Assembly: GCF_006345805.1 (NCBI RefSeq)
Contig: NC_042998.1
Location: forward strand, 151,032,001-151,096,000
Reading direction: 5' to 3'
Length of the DNA stretch: 64,000 bases
DNA from: Octopus sinensis
Taxonomy: Eukaryota
Below the pieces are notes generated by a model, which worked only from the letters and a program-made list of their open reading frames with translations, did no database searches and was not told where the DNA came from. Shown piece after piece: positions 1 to 11,774 of this stretch. Made by a program: the position numbers and the translations under genes. How positions within the stretch are numbered: position 1 is the stretch's first letter; each line of letters begins with the position of its first letter.

Positions 1-49
<49 letters not shown>

Positions 50-160
50 TGAAATGGATAAATGAATTATCTTATTACGGATTATTCCCTCACTAAATAT
101 ATATATATGTATGTATGTATGTGTATATATGTATGGATGTATGTTTCTGTGACCCTGTTT

Positions 161-207
<47 letters not shown>

Positions 208-771
208 GTTTAAATATTTGTTGTGCAAGATTTTTTATGTGAAGTCGTGTGTTGAAACAGATATTGTTATATTTCGGAATGGTCATTTTGCCAGTTTAGC
301 CAATAAAAACACACGCACTATATATTTGGTGTTACTTTGCTTCAGTGTTATTTATTTTTTACATTAATATTAATCTTATTTCGGCCAGAGTTCTTTCGTC
401 ACACTCCTGTGACCTCATCAGTGGTCCTTTGTTTTCTTCTCACTTATTTGTGTCTCTCCTTACTAACCGTCAGCCATTTTGTATTTCTATTGTATGTCTT
501 CATTTGCGCATGCTTATATCTCTATGTGCGTTTATGTTTATTTAGTGTGTGTATGTGGGGGATGTCTGTAATATTTGTATCTTCTGTTTATATATGTTCA
601 TGTAATTTGTAATTTTATATGTTCATGTAATTTGTATTTTGTTTTTTGTTTTTGTAGTTTTTGTTTATTCTTATTTTGTTCATGTGTTTACATCCACCCA
701 TTATTATCATTGCATATGCTTGTATGTATGTATGTATAACAACAATACTAGTAATAATAATAATAAATTGA

Positions 772-816
<45 letters not shown>

Positions 817-1230
817 CACACAATATATATATATTATATATAATATATAGTTATTTATTTATTTATCTGTGTATTATTGTTTTCAGGATCCTCTATCGTC
901 ATATGTTGTGGTGTATGTTAGTGCTCCATTCTAGTTTTCTATTCAGGCTAGGTTATTTCTATTATTATGTGTGTAGCTTCTGTAATTTGTCTAATTGTTG
1001 CATCTGATCTATGTGTGGATAATATTTTAAATTCTATGTTATTGATTGATCCCCCGTGTTCTTGTTCGGCGTGTTGGTACAGAATCAATGAGCTTTTACC
1101 TTCCTTGAGTTGTCTCCAATGCTCATTTACCCGCTCTCCTATGCTTCTTGCCGTTTCTCCTACGTATGTCGTTGTCTTGTTACTGCATCGTCCCTCTATA
1201 CATCTTATACTATAGACTACATTTCTAGAC
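208..1230 (-). mobile_element. Penelope-like element 3' fragment, inverted left arm (GIY-YIG endonuclease + 3' non-coding end)
   Basis: ORF 948..1232(-) reads SRNVVYSIRCIEGRCSNKTTTYVGETARSIGERVNEH (GIY-YIG VVY..YVGET..R..EH). Positions 263-1180 are the reverse complement of 1618-2540. Bounded on the left by (TA)n. Confidence 0.85.
383..427 (-). ncRNA. Hammerhead ribozyme, mirror copy of 2374-2418
   Basis: Reverse complement is ggaccactgatgaggtcacaggagtgtgacgaaagaactctggcc. The only difference from the other copy is in loop II. Confidence 0.75.
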
Positions 1231-1251
1231 ACCGAACTCTGGCTAGAAATT

Positions 1252-1896
1252 GTGAATAATAAAACCCAAATCCTTCATTCATACTATGCCAAACCTATGG
1301 CCTCAAAATACTTGATCCACCGGAACTCAGCCATTGCGGACAATGCCAAATTCAATATTTTGATGGCAGACCTCGTCAGAATAATGAGAAATGTGTCATG
1401 CATGTGCGAGCCCACAGAGTTAAAGAGACGCATGCAATATTTCATTCACCGCATGCAGTTCTCAGGTTACAGCCATAAAGAAAGGATCAGAGTATACAAA
1501 GGAGCCATTAAGAAATTTGATAATATATTATGTAATGATAGGAATGGTATTTGCCAACTCTATAGGAACAAGTCATGGAACACTATAGAAAGGACAAAAA
1601 AGAAAATAGGGAAGGCCAAGACAACGACATACGTAGGGGAAACGGCAAGAAGCATAGGAGAGCGGGTAAATGAGCATTGGAGACAACTCAAGGAAGGTAA
1701 AAGCTCATTGATTCTGTACCAACACGCCGAACAAGAACACGGGGGATCAATCAATAACATAGAATTTAAAATATTATCCACACATAGATCAGATGCAACA
1801 ATTAGACAAATTACAGAAGCTACACACATAATAGAAAATAAACCTAGCCTGAATAGAAAACTAGAATGGAGCACTAACACACACCACAACATATGA
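1252..1896 (+). pseudogene. PLE RT-thumb/GIY-YIG remnant ORF, internally deleted
   Basis: The linker and the first GIY motif, present in the inverted arm, are missing here: KKKIGKA joins directly to KTTTYVGET. Confidence 0.75.
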
Positions 1897-1942
1897 CGAT
1901 AGAGGATCCTGAAAACAATAAATACACAGATAAATAAATAAA

Positions 1943-1997
<55 letters not shown>

Positions 1998-2373
1998 GTA
2001 TATATATATTTTTTTTTTCGATTCAATTTATTATTATTATTACTAATATTGTTGTTATACATACATACATACAAGCATATGCAATGATAATAATGGGTGG
2101 ATGTAAACACATGAACAAAATAAGAATAAACAAAAACAACAAAAACAAAAAACAAAATACAAAATACAAATTACATGAACATATAAAATTACAAATTACA
2201 TGAACATATATAAACAGAAGATACAAATATTACAGTCATCCCCCACATACACACACTAAATAAACATAAACGCACATAGAGATATAAGCATGCGCAAATG
2301 AAGACATACAATAGAAATACAAAATAGCTGACGGTTAGTAAGGAGAGACACAAATAAGTGAGAAGAAAACAAA

Positions 2374-2418
2374 GGACCACTGATGAGGTCACAGGGGTGT
2401 GACGAAAGAACTCTGGCC
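2374..2418 (+). ncRNA. Minimal type I hammerhead ribozyme at PLE 3' end
   Basis: GGACCA-CUGAUGA-G-GUCAC(AGGGGU)GUGAC-GAAA-GAAC-UC-UGGCC: intact core, 5-bp stem II, stem I CCA/UGG, short stem III. Confidence 0.75.
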
Positions 2419-2571
2419 GAAATAAGATTAAGATTAATGTAAAAAATAAATAACACTGAAGCAAAGTAACACCAAATATATAGTGCGTGTGTTTTTATTG
2501 GCTAAACTGGCAAAATGACCATTCCGAAATATAACAATATATATTACATACATACATACATACATACATAC

Positions 2572-2613
<42 letters not shown>

Positions 2614-2671
2614 GTAACCACGTGAATCGTTGTCGATTTTCTTCCTCCGTCTTTCTATTGGACTTTCCTTT

Positions 2672-2706
2672 GTTTCTGAAGAAGAGCGTTGCTCGAAACG
2701 TTAAAC
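2672..2706 (+). ncRNA. Minimal type I hammerhead ribozyme in a ~200 bp non-coding repeat (2617-2810)
   Basis: GUUU-CUGAAGA-A-GAGC(GUU)GCUC-GAAACGUU-AAAC with palindromic ACGU stem III. Same family as 27878-28085. Confidence 0.75.
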
Positions 2707-3351
2707 CATCTTTCTTTTCTTCCATGAGCGTCTGCTAATAATTTTCATCTACCACGTCCTCGCGTTGTTTTTTTTTTGTATTTAGTCTTCTTCTTTTGGG
2801 TGGTTTACTATATATATGCATATATATATAGAGAGAGAGAGAGGAGAGGGGGAGAGGGAGAGAGAGAGAGAGAGCAGTCTATAAATTTCAAATTTCGTGA
2901 AAATCTCGTTCGTTTAAATTTCGTTGAAATATCTCAAAACGGCTAAATTCACTGTGTATGTCAGGAAATGGTTTCTACATAGCATCAGCAGGGACTATCT
3001 TGGTGTCTCATCGAATTCTGGCACGAACCACCATTTCGATAACCACATCGATCTAGCGATAACTTTGATTAAATACCCGGAGATTCATATACACATATAC
3101 ATATGTCATGCATACGAATATACACGCATGCATTCATGTATGATTGTGTCTACTCGCATTTTTCTGGGAGTCAGGCTATTTAAAATAAAGAACACAAAGT
3201 CTAACAATGATTTCATCAAAACATTTCATTTTCGTTGAGGTTCGAACCTCACAAGATTTTGAGGCGAAGCGCAATAGGTAGTTTGTTCGACTCTTTATTA
3301 TGGATAAAACAGCTAAACTCATACACGCGCGCACACACACATATATATATA

Positions 3352-4641
3352 CAGCGTGCGATGGGTCAATTGTTGCCATTTTATACTTTTAATTTCTTGC
3401 ATGCGCATTGTTTGTTTTTCTTTTTGTCGACTACAGAGTATAGTAGGGCCAGTTGAGCATCGACTGTGAGAAAAGCAGAACACTGACGCAATTCACTCTG
3501 CCAGAAATTTGGAAACGTCATGCTGTACCGCTTGGCATTCGCATCAGGAGATCCAAAACGTACATTTCAGAGTGTTTGGATGTCAATCTGAGGACAGTGC
3601 AGAGGATTCGGAAAGAGTTGGATGAGTTTAATGGTGATTACGAAGGTACGGCAGCTCGGAAAACTCACTCTGATCGTTCTGATACGAAAAGATCTCATGA
3701 ATTTGTTGGTGAGATCCAGGCCATGATTGACAACAGTCCTTCCAACTCAATCAGGTTCATCGCCAGGGACATAGGAGTGTCTAAGCTTCTTATCAAGCAG
3801 GTAGTGCATGAAGATAATCGGTATTCTTCATACAAGATGAGGAAGGTCCAATTTTCATCCCAAGCCATCAAGGACAAGAGGAAAGATCACGCTACAAAGC
3901 TTTTGAGCAAACTCAAGCATCCCCTCCAACTGAACACGCTTAGGGTTTTCTTAGCCGAGAAAATTTTCAGGCCAGGATCAGATGGTAAGCACACAGAACA
4001 ACCGTTGGCTTACCGAAGCATGTATCGAGAGTGATAAAAACATCAAACATCTAGTCATCATCATGGTGTTTGGAGTGATCACTAGTGATGGTGATGTTAT
4101 ACCCCCATTCATCTTCCCACACGACCTCAGACTCAACACGGAGACCTACATCAAGTGCTTGGAGAAGGTAGTGCTGCCCTGGGTCAAGAGCGTAACAGCT
4201 GGAAGATCTTTTATCTGGCAGCAAGACTCTGCATGTTGCCGCACAAGCAAGAAAACCTAGTCATGACTGTCAGAGAATTTTTGCGACCACAGCACCCTAA
4301 CATCTGGCCAGCCAACTCCCCAGACAGCAACCTCCTTGATTATTATGTGTAGGGCGCAGTTGAGCGAGATACCATCAAAACCCCTTGTGACATCAAAGAT
4401 GAACTGATGACAAGGATTATGGCACCAGCTTAAACAAGAAGACCGTTCAGAAGAATTGCAGAAAATTCCGAAGTCGTCTGGTGGCCGTGGTTGAAGCCAA
4501 TGGTGTTTTATTGAATATATTTACTCTTTAGTATTTCACAACATTTTTATACAGTTTTGGTAAATATATCTGTTAAAATGAGATGTCAGTGTTATTTTCA
4601 ATTTTATGTAATTTAGACAATAATTTATTTACCGCACTCTA
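3352..4641 (+). mobile_element. Degenerate Tc1/mariner-superfamily transposon, maT/DD37D-like
   Basis: HTH region in ORF 3453..4034. Catalytic pieces IMVFGVITSDG..PPFIF, WQQDSA and WPANSPDSNLLDYYV lie in shifted frames. Degenerate TIRs cagcgtgcg.../...cgcactcta, flanked by TA. Confidence 0.85.
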
Positions 4642-4778
4642 TACATACATACATACATACATACATACATACATACATACATACATACATACATACAACA
4701 TACATACATACATACACATACATACATACATACATACATACACACACACACATATACATACATACATACATACATACA

Positions 4779-4812
<34 letters not shown>

Positions 4813-4904
4813 GTATTGTATACAGTTAGCAGCATGTTCGCTTTAGCAGTGTAGGTTGGGTATTTGGTTAATGAGAGGGATGGAAGATGGGGGAATTTTT
4901 ATTG

Positions 4905-5010
4905 ATCACTACAGTTGTTTCGACCCCTCTGGCATCGATCCCTCACGGGTGGGATACTGAACAGTTGGTTTAGGAGTATCTGTCGGTGTAGATGTGTCTC
5001 TTCAGGTGAT
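4905..5010 (-). ncRNA. Type I hammerhead ribozyme with long stem II insert
   Basis: Reverse complement: AUCAC-CUGAAGA-GAC...(~70 nt)...GUC-GAAACAACUGUA-GUGAU. 5-bp stem I, canonical core, GUA cleavage triplet. The host element (~4812-5160) lies between microsatellites. Confidence 0.75.
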
Positions 5011-5251
5011 TACAAGATGATCCTTGTTAAAATAACTTCTGTTCCACAAGCTATCTTCTCAGTATGTGTATACAAAAACAGTAAATTAAAGGATACAACT
5101 TCATCATTATAGAAGATCAATAAAAAATCAGATGCAAAAAGAAACAAATACAAAATACAGTGAAAATGTATGTATATACATACAAACATACACACAAATA
5201 CGCACATACAGAAACACACACAAACACACACACGCATATATATTATATATT

Positions 5252-5280
<29 letters not shown>

Positions 5281-5286
<6 letters not shown>

Positions 5287-5458
5287 AAATAATATGTTAC
5301 AATTATTCAATAGTCAAGATAAAACTCTGAGTTTCGGATGCTGAAGTGGAAATCCACAACACCATCTCTTCGAAGAGATAGTTGTGGATTTCCACTTCGG
5401 CATCCGAAACTCAGAGTTTTATTTTGACTATTGAATAATTGTAACATATTATTTTATA
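5281..5458. repeat. Near-perfect ~178 bp palindrome of a hammerhead-bearing repeat end
   Basis: Centre tctcttc|gaagaga at 5371/5372. The arms differ by a few substitutions and a small indel. Same family as 34400-34560. Confidence 0.9.
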
Positions 5459-5753
5459 GATAAATTTCCTCTATTTACATAATATTGAGGTCTCTGTCTT
5501 TCTTTTGTTATCTTTATATATATATATATAAGAAATATTGAACTTCTAAATCTCTCGTAGAGACATGTCCGGTGGTGGGGCGATAGAATGGTTGTATACT
5601 GTCAATCTAACAAGAACGTGACAGTAGGGGGTACACCACCGCTGTATAGCCCTAGGAAGCATCGAACGCCTCCTGATGGCTTTGACACATTTTCCCTGTG
5701 TCCTTATATACATATACGAAGGGGAGACAAACACCCCGGCTGCCGAAGCTGCA

Positions 5754-5798
5754 TCTAGTTACACGTGTTTCAGGATCGTTGTCCTTCATCGGCCTAGA
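5754..5798 (-). ncRNA. Hammerhead ribozyme, inverted copy of 5969-6013
   Basis: Same fold, but with a GUA triplet and one stem I mismatch. Confidence 0.7.
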
Positions 5799-5968
5799 GT
5801 AGCAGACACCGGTCAGCCGGTGATATTTGTCTCGACTTCGTAATTGTATACGAGAGATTTAGAAATTCAATATTTCTTATTTTGATAATCAGTGAATAGA
5901 CTTCACTGAATATAGATATATACAATTACGAAGTCGAGAAAATACACCGGCTGACCGGTGTCTGCTAC

Positions 5969-6013
5969 TCTAGGCCGATGAAGGACAACGATCCTGAAAC
6001 ACGTGTCCCTAGA
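5969..6013 (+). ncRNA. Minimal type I hammerhead ribozyme (C4 core variant)
   Basis: UCUAGG-CCGAUGA-AGGA(CAACGA)UCCU-GAAACACGUGUC-CCUAGA: 6-bp stem I, palindromic ACACGUGU stem III, GUC site. Confidence 0.8.
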
Positions 6014-7014
6014 TGCAGCTTCGGCAGCCGGGGGTTTGTCTCCCCTTCGTATATGTATATAAAGACACAGGGAAAAATGTGTCAAAGCCATCAGGAGGCG
6101 TTCGATGCTTCCTAGGGCTATACAGCGGTGGTGTACCCCCTATTGTCACGTTCTTGTTAGATTGACAGTATACAACCATTCTATATATATATATATATAT
6201 ATATATTTAAACCCATATACACTCATACAAAACACACATACGCATACCCAAGATGGAATGAGAAAGAAAAAAGCAAATAAATGAATAAATGAATAAAATA
6301 ATTAAATAAAAGACACGGATACAAAAAGTGTAGTACACAAACTCATATCCACGCACACAAAACACACATACACACACGCACATACACACGCAGAGATACA
6401 AACACAAACGCATGTGCAAATAAGTATACACAGCACAGACAGATAAAATACACTAAAATGAACAAGGGGAGATACGTGGGATAAAGAGTCGTTGAAGAGG
6501 TCACAAGACATGTAACAAACGAGCTTTGACAAAGAACAAAAATAACAATGAAAAATCTGAAGCAAAACCAAATATATGCGTGTGTTTAATTTGCCAAATG
6601 TGACCATCCTTAAGACAGAGAATTTGTTTGATGAAATTTTATTTAACAATAAGAAAATTCTAATATCGCGACAAATTGTTTCGTAACTTAAAAACATGAA
6701 AATAATTTATATTATTATATAATTATTATAATAAATAAATTATTTACATTCTTGCATTAATGCAAAATGCAAAAAAGTCATTCAAAACAATGGAGAATTT
6801 AAGTTACGTAGCTGAAATTATGCCATTTATGTTTCACACACACACACAACACACCCACACAACCACACACCCCACAACACACCAACACACACACCCATCA
6901 TATACACATATCATATATATATATATATAGTATATTATATATATATATATATATATAACACTATATATATATATCTATATATATATAGTATATATATATA
7001 TATATATATATATA

Positions 7015-7388
7015 TCAAGTGATCAAATGAAAATAACTCAACGATAGGAAATGGGAGATAAAAGTTATAATTATTTGGTTCAAGGTTACAGAAATATGAC
7101 TGTTTTACATTTCGTTCTGAAGTCGTTCATCGGAATAAAGTAAATAAAGAACAATTTTAAAAATCAGAGGAAATATGAGTGCAGTGGGGCAAAAAAAACA
7201 CAACAAATTCACATGCTGAATTACTTTGAGACCATTATGAATATGAAACAAATGACATGGAAGTACTTTTTATATGTAGTCCGAACATATGGGATAGGGG
7301 AGTGGAGGGGGTAATCTTAATGTGTGAGATATTGGTGTATTTCTGCTTAACACACATCCTCTCTCTCTCGTCACACACACACACACAC

Positions 7389-7445
<57 letters not shown>

Positions 7446-7453
7446 TATAAAAC

Positions 7454-7506
<53 letters not shown>

Positions 7507-7880
7507 AAGTGATCAAATGAAAATAACTCAACGATAGGAAAGTGGAGATAAAAGTTATAATTATTTGGTTCAAGGTTACAGAAATATGACTGTTTTACAT
7601 TTCGTTCTGAAGTCGTTCATCGGAAATAAAGTAAATAAAGAACAATTTTAAAAATCAGAGGAAATATGGAGTGCAGTGGGGCAAAAAAACAAAACAAATT
7701 CACATGCTGAATTACTTTGAGACCATTATGAATATGAAACAGAAATGACATGGAAAGTACTTTTTATATGTAGTCGAACATATGGGATAGGGGAGTGGAG
7801 GGGGTATCTTTAATGTGTGAGATATTGTGTATTTCTGCTTAACACACATCCTCTCTCTCTCTGTCACACACACACACACA
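7015..7880. repeat. Tandem duplication of ~380 bp (7015-7400 / 7504-7880) separated by (TA)n
   Basis: Both copies start tcaa(a)gtgatcaaatgaaaataactc and differ mostly by 1-bp indels. Confidence 0.85.
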
Positions 7881-8328
7881 CACACACACGCGCGCACACA
7901 CACACAAACACACACATACACACATTAATCAGGGCACTTCTTAAATGTATTTTCCAGTGGACTAACACTAACTTCAGTGTATGCAGATGACGTCCCTGAG
8001 TAGAAAGTAATGATAGATGTACGCGCGTGCGTGTTTGTGAGCGTTTGCATTTATGTTAGCACTTGTTTATGTTTGCATATTCCTGCATGAGCGTATGAAA
8101 GCATGTGCATACGTATGTCAACTGAAGTGTATATCTGTCAGTATATATATCATGTATGTGTGTGTGTATTCCGGTATGTATGCTTGTGTATTCGCATGTG
8201 TATGTAAACACACATGTGTATAAACACATACGTACATACGTTTAAATGCACAAACGCGTGCGAGCATACGTTTGTGGATACCTGTATATATATTATATAT
8301 ATATATATATTATATATATATATATATA

Positions 8329-8359
<31 letters not shown>

Positions 8360-8363
<4 letters not shown>

Positions 8364-9518
8364 AATTGATTTGCTTTTCGCAGGAAGGAAGTTTTCTTCG
8401 AAGTATACGTCTCGCTTTTATCCTTCGAAACGTTTAGTAGATGAAACCTTAGCGACTGAAGAAGGGGATTTTTCGTTGTGCTTATTGTCCTGTATCTCTT
8501 TTTTTGCTTGTCTTGTTCCTTGGTTGTGTCTATGTTTTTCGTCTCTCTATGTGTTCGACGTCTTTTTGGTGTCCTGTACACATATATGCGTGTATATGTA
8601 CATGTAGAGGTAGGTACGTACATATATGTTTATATATATGCATATGTTCTATTTTATTAACATATTATACGACTAAACGCACGCACCACCCTATTAAGTA
8701 AGATTGTTCTGTTTATCAAGTTAGCCTTGATATTAACTCTCACGCGACTCTGCATCTTTCTTTCTTTCTATCCCATTCCCTTTTTCGTCTTTTTTCCCTC
8801 ACTTAACTTGTCTCTTCCTCTCTCTCTCTCATTCTTCATTCTCTCTCCCCTTTCACCATTCTTCATGGTCTCCTCGCACCATTCCCCTTCTTCTCTCTCT
8901 TCCTCTTGCTCCTCCTCCCCCATTCCCGTCGTCCATCTGCGACGATACTTCCGTCGTAACTGCTATCCTGTCTTTTCTCGCCCGCCTTCTAAGGCTACTG
9001 GTCGACATTTTTTCTCTCTCGTCGTCCACTTTAATCCAGCGTTTGCAATACTTTTTTCGTCTGGCGTTAACAGCCCTTCTATCTTGTTCTCCTTGTCCTG
9101 TCTCTCACTGTTATATATTTATTTTTCCACTGTTTATATATATATTTTTTACTGTTTATATGTTTGTACTGTCGTTACCGTCTTGCTTTTTTTACCCCTC
9201 TGCGAAAAGATCTCAGAATTTTAATTGATTTGCTTTTCGCAGGAAGGAAGTTTTCTTCGAAGTATACGTCTCGCTTTTATCCTTCGAAACGTTTAGTAGA
9301 TGAAACATTAGCGACTGAAGAAGGGGATTTTTCGTTGTGCTTATTGTCCTGTATCTCTTTTTTTGCTTGTCTTGTTCCTTGGTTTGTGTCTATGTTTTTC
9401 GTCTCTCTATGTGTTCGACGTCTTTTTGGTGTCCTGTACACATATATGCGTGTATATGTACATGTAGAGGTAGGTACGTACATATATGTTTATATATATG
9501 CATATGTTCTATTTTATT

Positions 9519-9523
<5 letters not shown>
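8360..9523 (+). mobile_element. Non-autonomous element with ~300 bp terminal direct repeats (8360-8663 / 9219-9523), pseudo-LTR-like
   Basis: Near-identical direct repeats around a non-coding pyrimidine-rich middle, flanked by (TA)n. Diverged family members at ~24880-25205 and ~27575-27770. Confidence 0.7.
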
Positions 9524-9554
<31 letters not shown>

Positions 9555-9555
<1 letters not shown>

Positions 9556-10846
9556 GATGGGCGTTCAATAAGTAATGCCTCTGACCCACTTGCAGTTGAT
9601 TGATCTAGCTGAAAATTTACATGTGCAATTATTTATATCTCTATAGATTAAGTGGCAAATTACAGCTCTGAACTAATTGTGGTTTCTGATGCACAGGTGT
9701 TTGAACTGAGTCAAGTGTGAAATGGAGCCTGTTGAGTGTCGAGCAGTGATCCGGTTTTTGTATTTGAAAGGACGCACACCACGGGAGACTTGTGATGAAA
9801 TGAAAGTAACTTATGGTGATGATGCCCCATCATATGACCTTGTAAAACGCTGGCATCGTGAATTCAAACATGGTTGGAACTCTGTGGAAACAGCTCCCAG
9901 ATCTGGTTGCCCCCTTCTGCCATTGATGAGGCATCTGTCCGTCAAGTTGAGGCTGCCATTTTGGAAGATCGACGCATAACTATCCGCCAAATAGCCCATG
10001 AGGTCAAGTTTAGTACCGGGTCTGTGGAAACTATCATTCATGACCATTTGCATATGCTAAAGGTGTCTTCCAGATGGATTCCCAGGTTGCTCACACCTTT
10101 CCAGAAGCAAGAACGCGTCGAGTGCTCGAGGATGAATTTGGAGACGTGCCAAGAAGACGAGTCAAAATTTTTCAAAAGACTGATTACACAGGATGAAACC
10201 TGGGTCCATCACTATGATCCAGAGACCAAAGCCCAGTCAATGCAGTGGAAGCACCGTGACTCACCTCCTCCAAAGAAGGCAAGGGTGCAGCCCTCCACTG
10301 GCAAGGTCATGCTCACAGTCTTCTGGGACCAGGACGGAGTAGTGATGACAGATTTCCTGGCAAAGGGTACCACAATTACAGGAGCCTATTATGCTTCACT
10401 TTTGAGGAAATTAAGAGAAGCTATCAAAATCATGAGGCGGGGCAAGATCAGCAAAGGCATCCTCCTCCTGCAGGACAACGCTCCGGTCTACAACTCGCGT
10501 GTCGCCAGATCAGAAGCACAGGCGTGCAGCTATGAACTCCTCCCCCATCCCCCTACTCTCCTGACCTTGCACCCTCTGATTTTCACCTCTTCCCAGCCAT
10601 GAAGTTGTTTTTGAAAGGAAAGCGTTTCCCAGATGATGCAAGCCTTGATTTCTGAAGTCACGTCGTGGTCGGAGGACCAAGCTGGGGTCTTCTACAAAAA
10701 CGGTCTCCAGAGTTGCACATCAAACGATGGAGAAATGTGTAACTCTGAGTGGTTCTATGTAGAAAAAGACTAATAACTGTGCCAAGTTTCGTTGCTCTAC
10801 TATTATGGGAAGTGGGTCAGGGGCATTACTTATTGAACGCCCCTCG
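9555..10846 (+). mobile_element. Full-length mariner (DD34D) transposon, Hsmar2/irritans-like TIRs, frameshifted transposase
   Basis: ~37 bp TIRs cgatgggcgttcaataagtaatgcctctgacccactt / aagtgggtcaggggcattacttattgaacgcccctcg. Inserted in a (TA)n tract. Confidence 0.95.
9722..10773 (+). pseudogene. Mariner transposase pseudogene
   Basis: RAVIRFLYLKG (HTH), WIPRLL, ITQDETWVHHYDPETK, LLQDNAP and (Y)SPDLAPSDFHLF, spread across several frameshifts. Confidence 0.92.
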
Positions 10847-11521
10847 TGTATATATATATATATATATATCCATGTTCATGCATGGGTAAATGTAAAGAAG
10901 TGTGTGCATAAGGGTATATGTTCACGTGTGTTTTGATTCTATCTATAGATCTGTGTGTGTGTTTGTGTGTAGATGGAGTGTTGTAGTATGGAGGAGGGCA
11001 TGGCGGCGCAGATAACAAAGCCGTTTCGCAATAATGGGTCAAGGAATACTAATTAAGTACTCCAGTATTTTCAATTAGACCAGTCACATGACATCTTTCC
11101 GGCGAGACATACAGTCTGGTCTGGTGACGTCACGTGTGTCATGCCTGACGTCTGAAGTGAATGGCAGGAGGGAGGGTTAACAGAATCCAAGGGACTTTCT
11201 GTGTGTTGTTGCGCAAGTGAGAGAAAAGAGTGAACAGAGAGGTGTGTAGGGGGAGAAAATAAGGGTAAGTGAAAGGGTGGAAACAATGACGGGAAACAGA
11301 AAGAGAAAAAGAGGAACAGAACACATGAAAGCATGCTTACATACACACACATATACAGAGAGAGTGAGAGAGAGAAAGAAAAAGAGAGAGACAGAGACAG
11401 AGTGAGGAGGTGAGTGTAAAGTGATGAGGACAAAATATAGAGTGAAATATATGTGTACAAAGAGAATTATGCATATATAATGAAGTATATTCATATATGT
11501 ACATACACACACACACACACG

Positions 11522-11572
<51 letters not shown>

Positions 11573-11575
<3 letters not shown>

Positions 11576-11724
11576 CTGTGTGGTAAGTAGTTTGCTTACC
11601 AACCACATGGTTCCGGGTTCAGTCCCAATGTGTGGCATCTTGGGCAAGTGTCTTCTACTATAGCCTCGAGCCGATCAAAGCCTTGTGAGTGGATTTGTAG
11701 ACGGAAACTGAAAGAAGCCCGTCG

Positions 11725-11774
<50 letters not shown>

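Larger units (their letters stand above)
1231..2540 (+). mobile_element. 5'-truncated Penelope-like element (RT thumb region fused to the GIY-YIG C-terminal half, plus 3' non-coding end)
   Basis: ORF 1252..1896 has YAKPMAS..SA..K..ILMADLVRIMRNVS..MQFSGYS (PLE post-RT/thumb region), then YVGETARS..R..EH..H..R..EA..I..KPSLN. Ends in (TA)/(TACA)n. Confidence 0.85.
5529..6184. repeat. Fold-back non-coding element with two ~267 bp inverted arms (5583-5850 / 5918-6184) plus a short nested inverted repeat (5529-5560 / 5849-5880)
   Basis: Arms are direct reverse-complement matches. (TA)n on both sides. Confidence 0.9.

Noticed and set aside
6665-6815. Half hammerhead (long stem GUAACUUAAA/UUUAAGUUAC + GAAACAAUUUGUC, minus strand)
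   Set aside because: The CUGANGA strand is missing.
7100-7140. Hammerhead-like CCGAUGA...CGAAAUGUA on the minus strand (also ~7590-7630)
   Set aside because: Stem II does not pair convincingly. At best a decayed copy, so not counted.
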